Assembly (NCBI GenBank): GCA_002269645.1
Contig: NIVC01000477.1
Location: 62,001 to 126,000 of the forward strand
DNA length: 64,000 nt
Origin: Macrostomum lignano
Taxonomy: Eukaryota
Direction: 5' to 3'
The translations under genes were made by a program, and so were the position numbers. Positions 13,001 to 40,497 of the stretch are shown in pieces. The notes below the pieces were generated by a model. The model worked only from the letters and a program-made list of their open reading frames with translations, ran no database searches and had not been told where the DNA came from. How positions within the stretch are numbered: position 1 is the stretch's first letter; every line of letters starts with the position of its first letter.

Positions 13001-16000
13001 GAGACTGAGAGGGAGAGATTGAGAGGGAGAGATGAGAGGGAGAGATGAGAGGGAGAGGCTGAGAGGGAGGAGATTGAGAGGGAGGAGACTGAGAGGGAGA
13101 GACTGAGAGGGAGAGATTGAGAGGGAGGAGATTGAGAGGGAGGAGATTGAGAGGGAGAGATTGAGAGGGAGGAGATTGAGAGGGAGAGATTGAGAGGGAG
13201 AGACTGAGAGGGAGAGGCTGAGAGGGAGGAGATTGAGAGGGAGGAGACTGAGAGGGAGAGACTGAGAGGGAGAGATTGAGAGGGAGAGATTGAGAGGGAG
13301 GAGATTGAGAGGGAGGAGATTGAGAGGGAGGAGATTGAGGGAGGAGATTGAGAGGGAGGAGATTGAGAGGGAGGAGATTGAGAGGGAGGAGATTGGAGGG
13401 AGGAGATTGAGAGGGAGGAGATTGAGAGGGAGGAGATTGAGAGGGAGGAGATTGAGAGGGAGGAGATTGAGAGGGAGGAGATTGAGAGGGAGAGATTGAG
13501 AGGGAGGAGATTGAGAGGGAGGAGATTGAGAGGGAGGAGATTGAGAGGGAGGAGATTGAGGGAGAGATTGAGAGGGAGGAGATTGAGGGAGAGATTGAGA
13601 GGGAGGAGATTGAGGGAGAGATTGAGAGGGAGGAGATTGAGAGGGAGGAGATTGAGAGGGAGGAGATTGGAAGGGAGGAGATTGAGAGGGAGGAGATTGA
13701 GGGAGAGATTGAGAGGGAGGAGATTGAGACTGAGGAGATTGAGAGGGAGGAGATTGAGAGGGAGGAGATTGAGAGGGAGGAGATTGAGAGGGAGAGACTG
13801 AGAGGGAGAGACTGAGAGGGAGAGACTGAGAGGGAGAGACTGAGAGGGAGAGACTGAGAGGGAGAGATTGAGAGGGAGAGACTGAGAGGGAGAGACTGAG
13901 AGGGAGAGGCTGAGAGGGAGAGATTGAGAGGGAGGAGATTGAGAGGGAGAGACTGAGAGGGAGAGATTGAGAGGGAGAGACTGAGAGGGAGAGATTGAGA
14001 GGGAGAGGCTGAGAGGGAGGAGATTGAGAGGGAGAGACTGAGAGGGAGAGACTGAGAGGGAGAGATTGGGAGGGAGGAGATTGAGAGGGAGAGGCTGAGA
14101 GGGAGAGATTGAGAGGGAGGAGATTGAGAGGGAGGAGATTGAGAGGGAGAGATTGAGAGGGAGAGACTGAGAGGGAGAGATTGGGAGGGAGGAGACTGAG
14201 AGGGAGAGGCTGAGAGGGAGGAGATTGAGTGGGAGAGACTGAGAGGGAGAGACTGAGAGGGAGAGATTGAGAGGGAGGAGATTGAGAGGGAGGAGATTGG
14301 GAGGGAGGAGATTGAGAGGGAGGAGATTGAGGGACAGATTGAGAGGGAGGAGATTGAGAGGGAGGAGATTGAGAGGGAGGAGATTGGGAGGGAGGAGATT
14401 GAGAGGGAGGAGATTGAGAGGGAGGAGATTGAGAGGGAGGAGATTGGGAGGGAGGAGATTGAGAGGGAGGAGATTGAGAGGGAAGAGATTGAGAGGGAGG
14501 AGATTGAGAGGGAGGAGATTGGGAGGGAGGAGATTGAGAGGGAGGAGATTGAGGGAGAGATTGAGAGGGAGGAGATTGAGGGAGAGATTGAGAGGGAGGA
14601 AATTAAGGTAGAGATTGAGAGGGAGGAGATTGAGAGGGAGGAGATTGAGAGGGAGGAGATTGGAAGGGAGGAGATTGAGAGGGAGGAGATTGAGGGAGAG
14701 ATTGAGAGGGAGGAGATTGAGAGGGAGGAGATTGAGAGGGAGGAGATTGAGAGGGAGGAGATTGAGAGGGAGGAGATTGAGAGGGAGGAGATTGAGGGAG
14801 AGATTGAGAGGGAGGAGATTGAGAGGGAGGAGATTGAGAGGGAGGAGATTGAGAGGGAGGAGATTGAGAGGGAGGAGATTGAGGGAGAGATTGAGAGGGA
14901 GGAGATTGAGAGGGAGAGATTGAGAGGGAGGAGATTGAGAGGGAGGAGATTGAGAGGGAGGAGATTGGGAGGGAGGAGATTGAGAGGGAGGAGATTGTGG
15001 GAGAGATTGAGAGGGAGGAGATTAAGAGGGAGGAGATTGAGAGGGAGGAGATTGAGAGGGAGGAGATTGAGAGGGAGGAGATTGGGAGGGAGGAGATTGG
15101 GAGGGAGGAGATTGAGGGAGAGATTGAGAGGGAGGAGATTGAGAGGGAGGAGATTGAGAGGGAGGAGATTGAGAGGGAGGAGATTGAGGGAGAGATTGAG
15201 AGGGAGGAGATTGAGAGGGAGGAGATTGAGAGGGAGGAGATTGAGAAAGAGAGATTGAGAGGGAGGAGATTGAGAGGGAGGAGATTGGGAGGGAGGAGAT
15301 TGAGAGGGAGGAGATTGGGAGGGAGGAGATTGAGAGGGAGGAGATTGGAGGGAGGAGATTGAGAGGGAGGAGATTGGAGGAGGAGATTGAGAGGGAGGAG
15401 ATTGAGAGGGAGGAGATTGAGAGGGAGGAGATTGGAGGGAGGAGATTGAGAGGGAGGAGATTAAGAGGAGGAGATTGAGAGGGAGGAGATTGAGAGGGAG
15501 GAGATTGAGAGGGAGAGATTGAGAGGGAGGAGATTGGGAGGGAGGAGATTGAGAGGGAGAGATTGAGAGGGAGGAGATTGAGAGGGAGGAGATTGAGAGT
15601 GAGGAGATTGAGAGTGAGGAGATTGAGAGGGAGGAGATTGAGAGGGAGAGACTGAGAGGGAGAGATTGAGAGGGAGAGACTGAGAGGGAGAGACTGAGAG
15701 GGAGAGACTGAGAGGGAGAGACTGAGAGGGAGAGACTGAGAGGGAGAGGCTGAGAGGGAGAGACTGAGAGGGAGAGACTGAGAGGGAGAGACTGAGAGGG
15801 AGAGACTGAGAGGGAGAGACTGAGAGGGAGAGACTGAGAGGGAGAGACTGAGAGGGAGGAGATTGGGAGGGAGAGATTGAGAGGGAGAGACTGAGAGGGA
15901 GAGACTGAGAGGGAGAGACTGAGAGGGAGATATTGAGAGGGAGGAGATTGAGAGGGAGAGACTGAGAGGGAGAGATTGAGAGGGAGAGACTGAGAGGGAG

Positions 16001-19000
16001 AGATTGAGAGGGAGAGGCTGAGAGGGAGGAGATTGAGAGGGAGAGACTGAGAGGGAGAGACTGAGAGGGAGAGATTGGGAGGGAGGAGATTGAGAGGGAG
16101 AGGCTGAGAGGGAGAGATTGAGAGGGAGGAGATTGAGAGGGAGAGATTGAGAGGGAGAGATTGAGAGGGAGAGACTGAGAGGGAGAGATTGAGAGGGAGG
16201 AGATTGAGAGGGAGAGGCTGAGAGGGAGGAGATTGAGTGGGAGAGACTGAGAGGGAGAGACTGAGAGGGAGAGATTGAGAGGGAGGAGATTGAGAGGAAG
16301 AGGCTGAGAGGGAGAGATTGAGAGGGAGGAGATTGAGAGGGAGAGACTGAGAGGGAGAGATTGAGAGGGAGGAGATTGAGAGGGAGAGACTGAGAGGGAG
16401 AGATTGAGAGGGAGGAGATTGAGAGGGAGAGATTGAGAGGGAGAGACTGAGAGGGAGAGACTGAGAGGGAGAGATTGAGAGGGAGAGACTGAGAGGGAGA
16501 GACTGAGAGGGAGGAGATTGAGAGGGAGGAGATTGAGAGGGAGAGACTGAGAGGGAGAGACTGAGAGGGAGAGACTGAGAGGGAGAGATTGAGAGGGAGA
16601 GACTGAGAGAGAGGAGATTGAGAGGGAGAGACTGAGAGGGAGGAGATTGAGAGGGAGGAGATTGAGAGGGAGAGATTGAGAGGGAGAGACTGAGAGGGAG
16701 GAGATTGAGAGGGAGAGACTGAGAGGGAGGAGATTGAGAGGGAGGAGATTGAGAGGGAGAGACTGAGAGGGAGAGATTGAGAGGGAGGAGATTGAGAGGG
16801 AGGAGATTGAGGGAGAGATTGAGAGGGAGGAGATTGAGGGAGAGATTGAGAGGGAGGAGATTGAGGGAGAGATTGAGAGGGAGGAGATTGAGAGGGAGGA
16901 GATTGAGAGGGAGGAGATTGGGAGGGAGGAGATTGAGAGGGAGGAGATTGAGAGGGAGAGATTGAGAGGGAGAGACTGAGAGGGAGAGACTGAGAGGGAG
17001 AGACTGAGAGGGAGAGACTGAGAGGGAGAGACTGAGAGGGAGAGACTGAGAGGGAGAGATTGAGAGGGAGAGACTGAGAGGGAGAGACTGAGAGGGAGAG
17101 GCTGAGAGGGAGAGATTGAGAGGGAGGAGATTGAGAGGGAGAGACTGAGAGGGAGAGATTGAGAGGGAGAGACTGAGAGGGAGAGATTGAGAGGGAGAGG
17201 CTGAGAGGGAGGAGATTGAGAGGGAGAGATGAGAGGGAGAGACTGAGAGGGAGAGATTGGAGGGAGGAGATTGAGAGGGAGAGGCTGAGAGGGAGAGATT
17301 GAGAGGGAGGAGATTGAGAGGGAGGAGATTGAGAGGGAGAGATTGAGAGGGAGAGACTGAGAGGGAGAGATTGAGAGGGAGGAGACTGAGAGGGAGAGGC
17401 TGAGAGGGAGGAGATTGAGTGGGAGAGACTGAGAGGGAGAGACTGAGAGGGAGAGATTGAGAGGGAGGAGATTGAGAGGGAGGAGATTGGGAGGGAGGAG
17501 ATTGAGAGGGAGGAGATTGAGGGACAGATTGAGAGGGAGGAGATTGAGAGGGAGGAGATTGAGAGGGAGGAGATTGGGAGGGAGGAGATTGAGAGGGAGG
17601 AGATTGAGAGGGAGGAGATTGAGAGGGAGGAGATTGGGAGGGAGGAGATTGAGAGGGAGGAGATTGAGAGGGAAGAGATTGAGAGGGAGGAGATTGAGAG
17701 GGAGGAGATTGGGAGGGAGGAGATTGAGAGGGAGGAGATTGAGGGAGAGATTGAGAGGGAGGAGATTGAGGGAGAGATTGAGAGGGAGGAAATTAAGGTA
17801 GAGATTGAGAGGGAGGAGATTGAGAGGGAGGAGATTGAGAGGGAGGAGATTGGAAGGGAGGAGATTGAGAGGGAGGAGATTGAGGGAGAGATTGAGAGGG
17901 AGGAGATTGAGAGGGAGGAGATTGAGAGGGAGGAGATTGAGAGGGAGGAGATTGAGAGGGAGGAGATTGAGAGGGAGGAGATTGAGGGAGAGATTGAGAG
18001 GGAGGAGATTGAGAGGGAGGAGATTGAGAGGGAGGAGATTGAGAGGGAGGAGATTGAGAGGGAGGAGATTGAGGGAGAGATTGAGAGGGAGGAGATTGAG
18101 GGAGAGATTGAGAGGGAGGAGATTGAGAGGGAGGAGATTGAGAGGGAGGAGATTGGGAGGGAGGAGATTGAGAGGGAGGAGATTGAGGGAGGAGATTGAG
18201 AGGGAGGAGATTGAGAGGGAGGAGATTGAGAGGGAGGAGATTGAGAGGGAGGAGATTGAGAGGGAGGAGATTGAGGGAGGAGATTGAGGGAGAGATTGAG
18301 AGGGAGGAGATTGAGAGGGAGGAGATTGAGAGGGAGGAGATTGAGAGAGAGATTGAGAGGGAGGAGATTGAGAGGGAGGAGATTGAGAGGGAGGAGATTG
18401 AGAGGGAGGAGATTGAGAGGGAGGAGATTGAGAGGGAGGAGATTGGAGGGAGGAGATTGAGAGGGAGGAGATTGGGAGGGAGGAGATTGAGAGGGAGGAG
18501 ATTGGAGGGAGGAGATTGAGAGGGAGGAGATTGGAGGGAGGAGATTGAGAGGGAGGAGATTGAGAGGAGGAGATTGAGAGGGAGGAGATTGAGAGGGAGG
18601 AGATTGAGAGGGAGGAGATTGAGAGGGAGGAGATTGAGAGGGAGGAGATTGAGAGGGAGAGATTGAGAGGGAGGAGATTGAGAGGGAGGAGATTGAGAGG
18701 GAGGAGATTGAGAGGGAGGAGATTGAGAGGGAGGAGATTGAGAGGGAGAGACTGAGAGGGAGAGATTGAGAGGGAGAGACTGAGAGGGAGGAGATGAGAG
18801 GGAGAGACTGAGAGGGAGAGACTGAGAGGGAGAGACTGAGAGGGAGAGACTGAGAGGGAGAGACTGAGAGGGAGAGACTGAGAGGGAGAGACTGAGAGGG
18901 AGAGACTGAGAGGGAGAGACTGAGAGGGAGAGACTGAGAGGGAGAGACTGAGAGGGAGAGACTGAGAGGGAGAGACTGAGAGGGAGAGACTGAGAGGGAG

Positions 19001-22000
19001 AGACTGAGAGGGAGAGATTGAGAGGGAGAGATTGAGAGGGAGAGACTGAGAGGGAGAGACTGAGAGGGAGAGACTGAGAGGGAGAGGGACTGAGAGGGAG
19101 AGATGAGAGGGAGAGATTGAGAGGGAGAGACTGAGAGGGAGAGATTGAGAGGGAGAGACTGAGAGGGAGAGACTGAGAGGGAGAGATTGAGAGGGAGGAG
19201 ATTGAGAGGGAGAGGCTGAGAGGGAGAGATTGAGAGGGAGGAGATTGAGAGGGAGAGATTGAGAGGGAGAGATTGAGAGGGAGAGACTGAGAGGGAGAGA
19301 TTGAGAGGGAGGAGATTGAGAGGGAGAGACTGAGAGGGAGAGATTGAGAGGGAGAGATTGAGAGGGAGAGACTGAGAGGGAGAGATTGAGAGGGAGGAGA
19401 TTGAGAGGGAGAGAGGCTGAGAGGGAGAGATTGAGAGGGAGGAGATTGAGAGGGAGAGACTGAGAGGGAGAGATTGAGAGGGAGGAGATTGAGAGGGAGA
19501 GACTGAGAGGGAGAGATTGAGAGGGAGGAGATTGAGAGGGAGAGATTGAGAGGGAGAGACTGAGAGGGAGAGACTGAGAGGGAGAGATTGAGAGGGAGAG
19601 ACTGAGAGGGAGAGACTGAGAGGGAGAGATTGAGAGGGAGAGACTGAGAGGGAGAGACTGAGAGGGAGAGACTGAGAGGGAGAGACTGAGAGGGAGAGAT
19701 TGAGAGGGAGAGACTGAGAGGAGGAGATTGAGAGGGAGAGACTGAGAGGGAGGAGATTGAGAGGGAGGAGATTGAGAGGGAGAGATTGAGAGGGAGAGAC
19801 TGAGAGGGAGGAGATTGAGAGGGAGAGACTGAGAGGGAGGAGATTGAGAGGGAGAGATTGAGAGGGAGGAGATTGAGAGGGAGAGATTGAGAGGGAGGAG
19901 ATTGAGAGGGAGGAGATTGAGGGAGAGATTGAGAGGGAGGAGATTGAGGGAGAGATTGAGAGGGAGGAGATTGAGGGAGAGATTGAGAGGGAGGAGATTG
20001 AGAGGGAGGAGATTGAGAGGGAGGAGATTGGGAGGGAGGAGATTGAGAGGGAGGAGATTGAGAGGGAGGAGATTGAGAGGGAGGAGATTGAGAGTGAGGA
20101 GATTGGGAGGGAGGAGATTGGGAGGGAGGAGATTGAGGGAGAGATTGAGAGGGAGGAGATTGAGAGGGAGGAGATTGAGAGAGAGATTGAGAGGGAGGAG
20201 ATTGAGAGGGAGGAGATTGGGAGGGAGGAGATTGAGAGGGAGGAGATTGAGAGGGAGAGATTGAGAGGGAGGAGATTGAGAGTGAGGAGATTGGGAGGGA
20301 GGAGATTGGGAGGGAGGAGATTGGGAGGGAGGAGATTGGGAGGGAGGAGATTGAGGGAGAGATTGAGAGGGAGGAGATTGAGAGGGAGGAGATTGAGAAA
20401 GAGAGATTGAGAGGGAGGAGATTGAGAGGGAGGAGATTGAGAGGGAGGAGATTGGGAGGGAGGAGATTGGGAGGGAGGAGATTGAGAGGGAGGAGATTGG
20501 GAGGGAGGAGATTGAGAGGGAGGAGATTGGAGGGAGGAGATTGAGAGTGAGGAGATTTAGAGGGAGGAGATTGGGAGGGAGGAGATTGAGAGGGAGGAGA
20601 TTGGGAGGGAGGAGATTGAGAGGGAGGAGATAGGGAGGGAGGAGATTGAGAGGGAGGATATTGAGAGGGAGGAGATTGAGAGTGAGGAGATTGAGAGGGA
20701 GGAGATTGAGAGGGAGGAGATTGAGAGGGAGGAGATTGGGAGGGAGGAGATTGAGAGGGAGAGATTGAGAGGGAGGAGATTGAGAGTGAGGAGATTGGGA
20801 GGGAGGAGATTGAGAGTGAGGAGATTGAGAGTGAGGAGATTGAGAGGGAGAGACTGAGAGGGAGAGACTGAGAGGGAGAGACTGAGAAAGAGATTGAGAG
20901 GGAGAGGCTGAGAGGGAGAGACTGAGAGGGAGAGACTGAGAGGGGGAGACTGAGAGTGAGAGACTGAGAGGGAGAGATTGAGAGGGAGAGACTGAGAGGG
21001 AGAGACTGAGAGGGAGAGATTGAGAGGGAGGAGATTGAGAGGGAGAGATTGAGAGGGAGAGACTGAGAGGGAGAGATTGAGAGGGAGAGGCTGAGAGGGA
21101 GGAGATACAGAGGGAGAGACTGAGAGGGAGAGACTGAGAGGGAGAGATTGAGAGGGAGGAGATTGAGAGGGAGAGGCTGAGAGGGAGAGATTGAGAGGGA
21201 GGAGATTGAGAGGGAGGAGATTGAGAGGGAGAGATTGAGAGGGAGAGATTGAGAGGGAGAGACTGAGAGGGAGAGATTGAGAGGGAGGAGATTGATAGGG
21301 AGAGGCTGAGAGGGAGGAGATTGAGAGGGAGAGACTGAGAGGGAGAGACTGAGAGGGAGAGATTGAGAGGGAGGAGATTGAGAGGAAGAGGCTGAGAGGG
21401 AGAGATTGAGAGGGAGGAGATTGAGAGGGAGAGACTGAGAGGGAGAGATTGAGAGGGAGAGATTGAGAGGGAGAGACTGAGAGGGAGAGACTGAGAGGGA
21501 GGAGATTGAGAGGGAGAGACTGAGAGGGAGAGACTGAGAGGGAGGAGATTGAGAGGGAGAGGCTGAGAGGGAGAGATTGAGAGGGAGAGGCTGAGAGGGA
21601 GGAGATTGAGAGGGAGAGACTGAGAGGGAGAGACTGAGAGGGAGAGATTGAGAGGGAGGAGATTGAGAGGGAGAGGCTGAGAGGGAGAGATTGAGAGGGA
21701 GGAGATTGAGAGGGAGGAGATTGAGAGGGAGAGATTGAGAGGGAGAGATTGAGAGGGAGAGACTGAGAGGGAGAGATTGAGAGGGAGGAGATTGAGAGGG
21801 AGAGGCTGAGAGGGAGGAGATTGAGAGGGAGAGACTGAGAGGGAGAGACTGAGAGGGAGAGATTGAGAGGGAGGAGATTGAGAGGAAGAGGCTGAGAGGG
21901 AGAGATTGAGAGGGATGAGATTGAGAGGGAGAGACTGAGAGGGAGAGATTGAGAGGGAGAGATTGAGAGGGAGAGATTGAGAGGGAGAGACTGAGAGGGA

Positions 22001-22120
22001 GGAGATTGAGAGGGAGAGACTGAGAGGGAGAGACTGAGAGGGAGGAGATTGAGAGGGAGAGGCTGAGAGGAGGAGACTGAGAGGAGACTGAGAGGGAGAC
22101 ACCGGGAGGAGGAGACTGAG
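1035..22120 (+). repeat. ~21 kb GA-rich satellite: blocks of 15-mer GAGAGGGAGGAGATT plus 12-mer GAGGGAGAGATT alternating with blocks of 14-mer GAGAGGGAGAGA(C/T)T; higher-order repeats of ~1.55, ~4.1 and ~3.2 kb
   Basis: Monomers read directly. Diagnostic variant GAGGAAATTAAGGTAGAG recurs at 1551, 5634, 9811, 14596 and 17786. Confidence 0.98.
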
Positions 22121-22126
22121 AGAAAG

Positions 22127-36399
<14,273 letters not shown>

Positions 36400-36549
36400 A
36401 TGATTTTATAATGCTTTGGTTGGTAATTCCGTGATTAGTGAACTTTCGAGTTTACGCTAGAGTTGCTTCATTTTCAAACTCGATCTTTTTTATTGTTATT
36501 GTCTTGAAGACAATAAGTAAATTTGTTGATTTATTGTCCTTGTTTAATA

Positions 36550-37262
36550 ATGAGTCACGTGACACCGCTTTGTTTAGATTCAAAATAGTCACGTGACGCC
36601 AATTTAGGCTTGCTGAATCACGTGACGCCAATTTAGGCTTGTTGAATCACGTGAAACCTCTCTGATTAGATTCAAACAGTCACGTGACGCCAATTTGCGC
36701 TTTCTGAGTCACTTGACGCCAATTTAAGCTTGCTGAGTCACGTGACACCTCTCTGATTAGATTCAAACAGTCACGTGACGCCAATTTGCGCTTGGTGAGT
36801 CACGTGACGCCAATTTAAGCTTGCTGAGTCACGTGACGCCAATTTAGGCTTGCTGAATCACGTGACGCCAATTTAGGCTTGCTGAGTCACGTGACGCCAA
36901 TTTAGGCTTGCTGAATCAAGTGACACCTCTCTGATTAGATTCAAACAGTCACGTGACGCCAATTTGCGCTTTCTGAGTCACTTGACGCCAATTTAAGCTT
37001 GCTGAGTCACGTGACACCTCTCTGATTAGATTCAAACAGTCACGTGACGCCAATTTGCGCTTGGTGAGTCACGTGACGCCAATTTAAGCTTGCTGAGTCA
37101 CGTGACGCCAATTTAGGCTTGCTGAATCACGTGACGCCAATTTAGGCTTGCTGAGTCACGTGACGCCAATTTAGGCTTGCTGAATCAAGTGACACCTCTC
37201 TGATTAGATTCAAACAGTCACGTGACCCTTATTTAGGCTTGCTTAGTCACGTGACACCTCTT
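36550..37262. repeat. 29/33-bp minisatellite with palindromic GTCACGTGAC core and a 269-bp higher-order repeat
   Basis: Units GTCACGTGACGCCAATTTAAGCTTGCTGA (29) and GTCACGTGACACCTCTCTGATTAGATTCAAACA (33). Marker TTTCTGAGTCACTTGAC recurs at 36701 and 36970. Confidence 0.95.
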
Positions 37263-38038
37263 GCATTGTTAGAAAGCAGTGTATTATATATATAACATGC
37301 ACATTTTATTTGCAGGCAAAAACACAAATTTCAAAGTAGGTTTATCTGCACTAACCCCAGCTGCAAAATTCCTAACAATTTATATTAATGCTTCTAGTCT
37401 AACGATTGTCATTGTATTCCAAATTGTAGGTATTATACATTAATATAATATTATATTTCCAATCAATGCTATATATCGCTTCCTGACTATTTGCTGTTAA
37501 CTCTGTTTTCCAATCGCATACCCTTATTTAATTAGGCCTCACCTTTTTAAAATAAAGCTTAGTCAAACAGTATGTTACCGCTGTGTAATAGAAATTATAT
37601 TTAATATTAATTTTCAAGTATTTTCTGGCTAAATCGCCTATTTCAATTTCAGTAGCTCCGCTAAACAAGAATTCAAAATCATTAAATTTAAATTGGTGCT
37701 TTTCTTAACCTGTTCTCATTATAACGCATAAATCATGTATTGTTATATTAGCTAAATATCAATTAATTTGAATTGCTGATTTTTCATCTCCATTGCGTGT
37801 ACACATTAAGAAATATTAATTATGGATGATTTTTTTTCAAAAATGAATATGATTCTGGAATCATATATTTACATTTAAGTGCCCCAAACTCATGAAGCTT
37901 ATAAATTTTCAACAAATATATTTTAATATGAGGCTGGACTTTTGTTCAAGTAGCATGTCATGCCATGCTTTCGCTGACCTTCGCATGCATATTCATATCA
38001 TTTCAATGTTTTGTTTGTTTGCTTTCCTTTGTTGTCCA

Positions 38039-38731
38039 ATGGATTGCTAATCTATAGCCTATAGATTAGGGAATAGAATGGATTGCTAATCTATAGCCTA
38101 TGGATTAAGGAATAGAATGGATTGCTAATCTATAGTGTATGGATTAAGGGATAGAATGGATTGCTAATCTATAGTGTATGGATTAAGGAATAGAATGGAT
38201 TGCTAATCTATAGCCTATGGATTAAGGAATAGAATGGATTGCTAATCTATAGCCTATGGATTAAGGAATAGAATGGATTGCTAATCTATAGCCTATGGAT
38301 TAAGGAATAGAATGGATTGCTAATCTATAGCCTATAGATTAAGGAATAGAATAGATTGCTAATCTATAGCCTATAGATTAAGGAATAGAATGGATTGCTA
38401 ATCTATAGCCTATAGATTAAGGAATAGAATAGATTGCTAATCTATAGCCTATGGATTAAGGAATAGAATGGATTGCTAATCTATAGCCTATGGATTAAGG
38501 AATAGAATGGATTGCTAATCTATAGCCTATAGATTAAGGAATAGAATAGATTGCTAATCTATAGCCTATAGATTAAGGAATAGAATGGATTGCTAATCTA
38601 TAGCCTATAGATTAAGGAATAGAATAGATTGCTAATCTATAGCCTATGGATTAAGGAATAGAATGGATTGCTAATCTATAGCCTATAGATTAAGGAATAG
38701 AATAGATTGCTAATCTATAGCCTATAGATTA
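38039..38731. repeat. 39-bp minisatellite GGATTGCTAATCTATAGCCTATGGATTAAGGAATAGAAT (continues at 43241-43277 and 43646-43848)
   Basis: The array is interrupted by the LTR element and the SINE and resumes in register after each. Confidence 0.95.
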
Positions 38732-38947
38732 TATAATGGCAATAGTAGGAAAGGCCGGAGTTTGCTGAGACGAAAGGTGGAGCCCTGCTAGGTGGGCTGA
38801 TCGATATTTATTTATTTTGACTATGGATAAAATCGCGCCACCCGAGTGGGGGGGGGGTAGAGAATCGCCGCACTTGAAGTGCATGAATTTGTACATACTG
38901 TACGCAAGGCCGATGTACATATAACTTGGGCTCGCGCGAGCACTACA
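38732..38947 (-). repeat. 3' LTR (216 bp); short PPT GGAGAGA adjacent at 38948-38954
   Basis: Matches 43017-43240 with 9 substitutions, a 1-bp G-run difference and a 7-bp indel. Confidence 0.93.
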
Positions 38948-39047
38948 TCTCTCCACGCGCGGATTAGTAACGAGGGGATAGAAAACAAAGTATTGTAACC
39001 AAAAAGTACATTGTCAATGTCTGCTACTGCAAAGCAATCACTGAGAC

Positions 39048-40497
39048 TCAATGTCTCCTGAGGTTCGTCTCCTTGTAGTTCTTGGCCCCGTCTTTGGCCT
39101 GGCGCTTGTGCGGCCTGGCCGCGATCGGCTCGGCGGGCTCGCCGGGCGCTTCTTGACCGCCGGTCTCACCGATGGACTCGGCCTGCTGCGTGGCCGGGGG
39201 CTCCGGCAGCTTCTTGACCTGAGTGGCGTGCCGTCGGCAAATGGTCTCGCCACGCTGAATGACAAGGGCATCTCCATGAACTTCGGCCACAGTCCAAGGT
39301 ACGGTTTCAAAGAAGGTGTCCGTTTTTTCGGTGCTGCTGGCGCTGTAGGACGCGGTCACCTGGTTGGATTTGATTGTCAGCGGCTCGTTCTTGCTGGTCG
39401 CGGTAGTCCTTCATCTTCTCTTTGGCCTTCCGGTCCGCTCCGGCAATGGCGGCTCGCGTCGCTTTCACAGGTCGCGAGTGGTGAAGACTGGGGATTGTGT
39501 CATTGACTTGGCGTCCGAAAAGCAGGTTTGCCGGGGCGACTCCTGTCGAGCTGTGCGGCGTGCGCCGGTACGCGGCCAGGTATTCATCGACAGCTGCCGT
39601 CCAGTCTTTGCCTTCGGCGACAGCTGCGCGTATGGCTTTGTTGAGGCCCTTGTTGCAGCGCTCGGTGGCGCCGTTGGCCTGCGGGTAGAGCGGCGTGATC
39701 CGATGATGGTGGACTCCTTGGTCTTTCAGGAAGCTGGTGAAATCGGCTGATGAGAAAGGCGGCCCGTTGTCGGTTGACACCTTGAGCGGCTGGCCGAAGA
39801 TGCTAAACCACCGTCTGAGCACGCGTGTGGTGGCAGCGGCCGTTGTGTCTGCCATAACTTCAACCAGCGGAAATCGAGAAAAGTGATCGGTGCAGACGAG
39901 TAACGACTTTCCTTTGACGGGCCCCAGGAAGTCAAGGCCGAGATCGAGCCACGGCCCATCCGGCAGATCCGTCGGCTTCAAGGGCGTTGCCTTCGTAGTC
40001 GCCTCGCTGTTGCAGGCCGCGCAGCTGATGCAGGTGGCCACATGAGTCTCCACTGCCGAGCGCATGCCGGGCCACCAGACCTTTGACTGCAGGCGGTCCA
40101 GTGTCTTCCGCATGCCTTGGTGTCCTTGATGGGCCAGTTGAAGGCACCGGAACCGCAGCACCGCAGGCACGAACAGCTGGCTGCCGCGCAATAGGAGGCC
40201 GTCGTGTTCCGACAGCTCGTGCCTGACGCCTTGGATGTCCTTCAAGTCGGCGTTCTTGGAGTCCCAGCTGCCGGTGCGGATGGCACGGCGGTTAGCCTGC
40301 ACTGCCGGGTCCTGCCTCCGAAGCCGCCTTGATCGCTGATATGTTGAGAGACACCGGGGTCGCCGCCTGGAGGACCATGGCAACGAACGCTGCGTCGGCC
40401 CGCTCGCCTCCGTTGTTTGGCGGCAGCGGTAGCGGTTGCCGGCTGAGCACGTCGGACGGGTTTCCCGCTCCGGGCTGGTAAACGACGCTGAAGGCAT
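39048..40497 (-). pseudogene. int: Integrase (HHCC + DDE), C-terminus split by a frameshift near 39330
   Basis: ORFs 39307-40497 and 39048-39359. Confidence 0.9.

Noticed and set aside
36550-37262. CRISPR-like look (palindromic repeats)
   Set aside because: There are no unique spacers, the units are tandem and hierarchical, there are no cas genes, and the context is eukaryotic.
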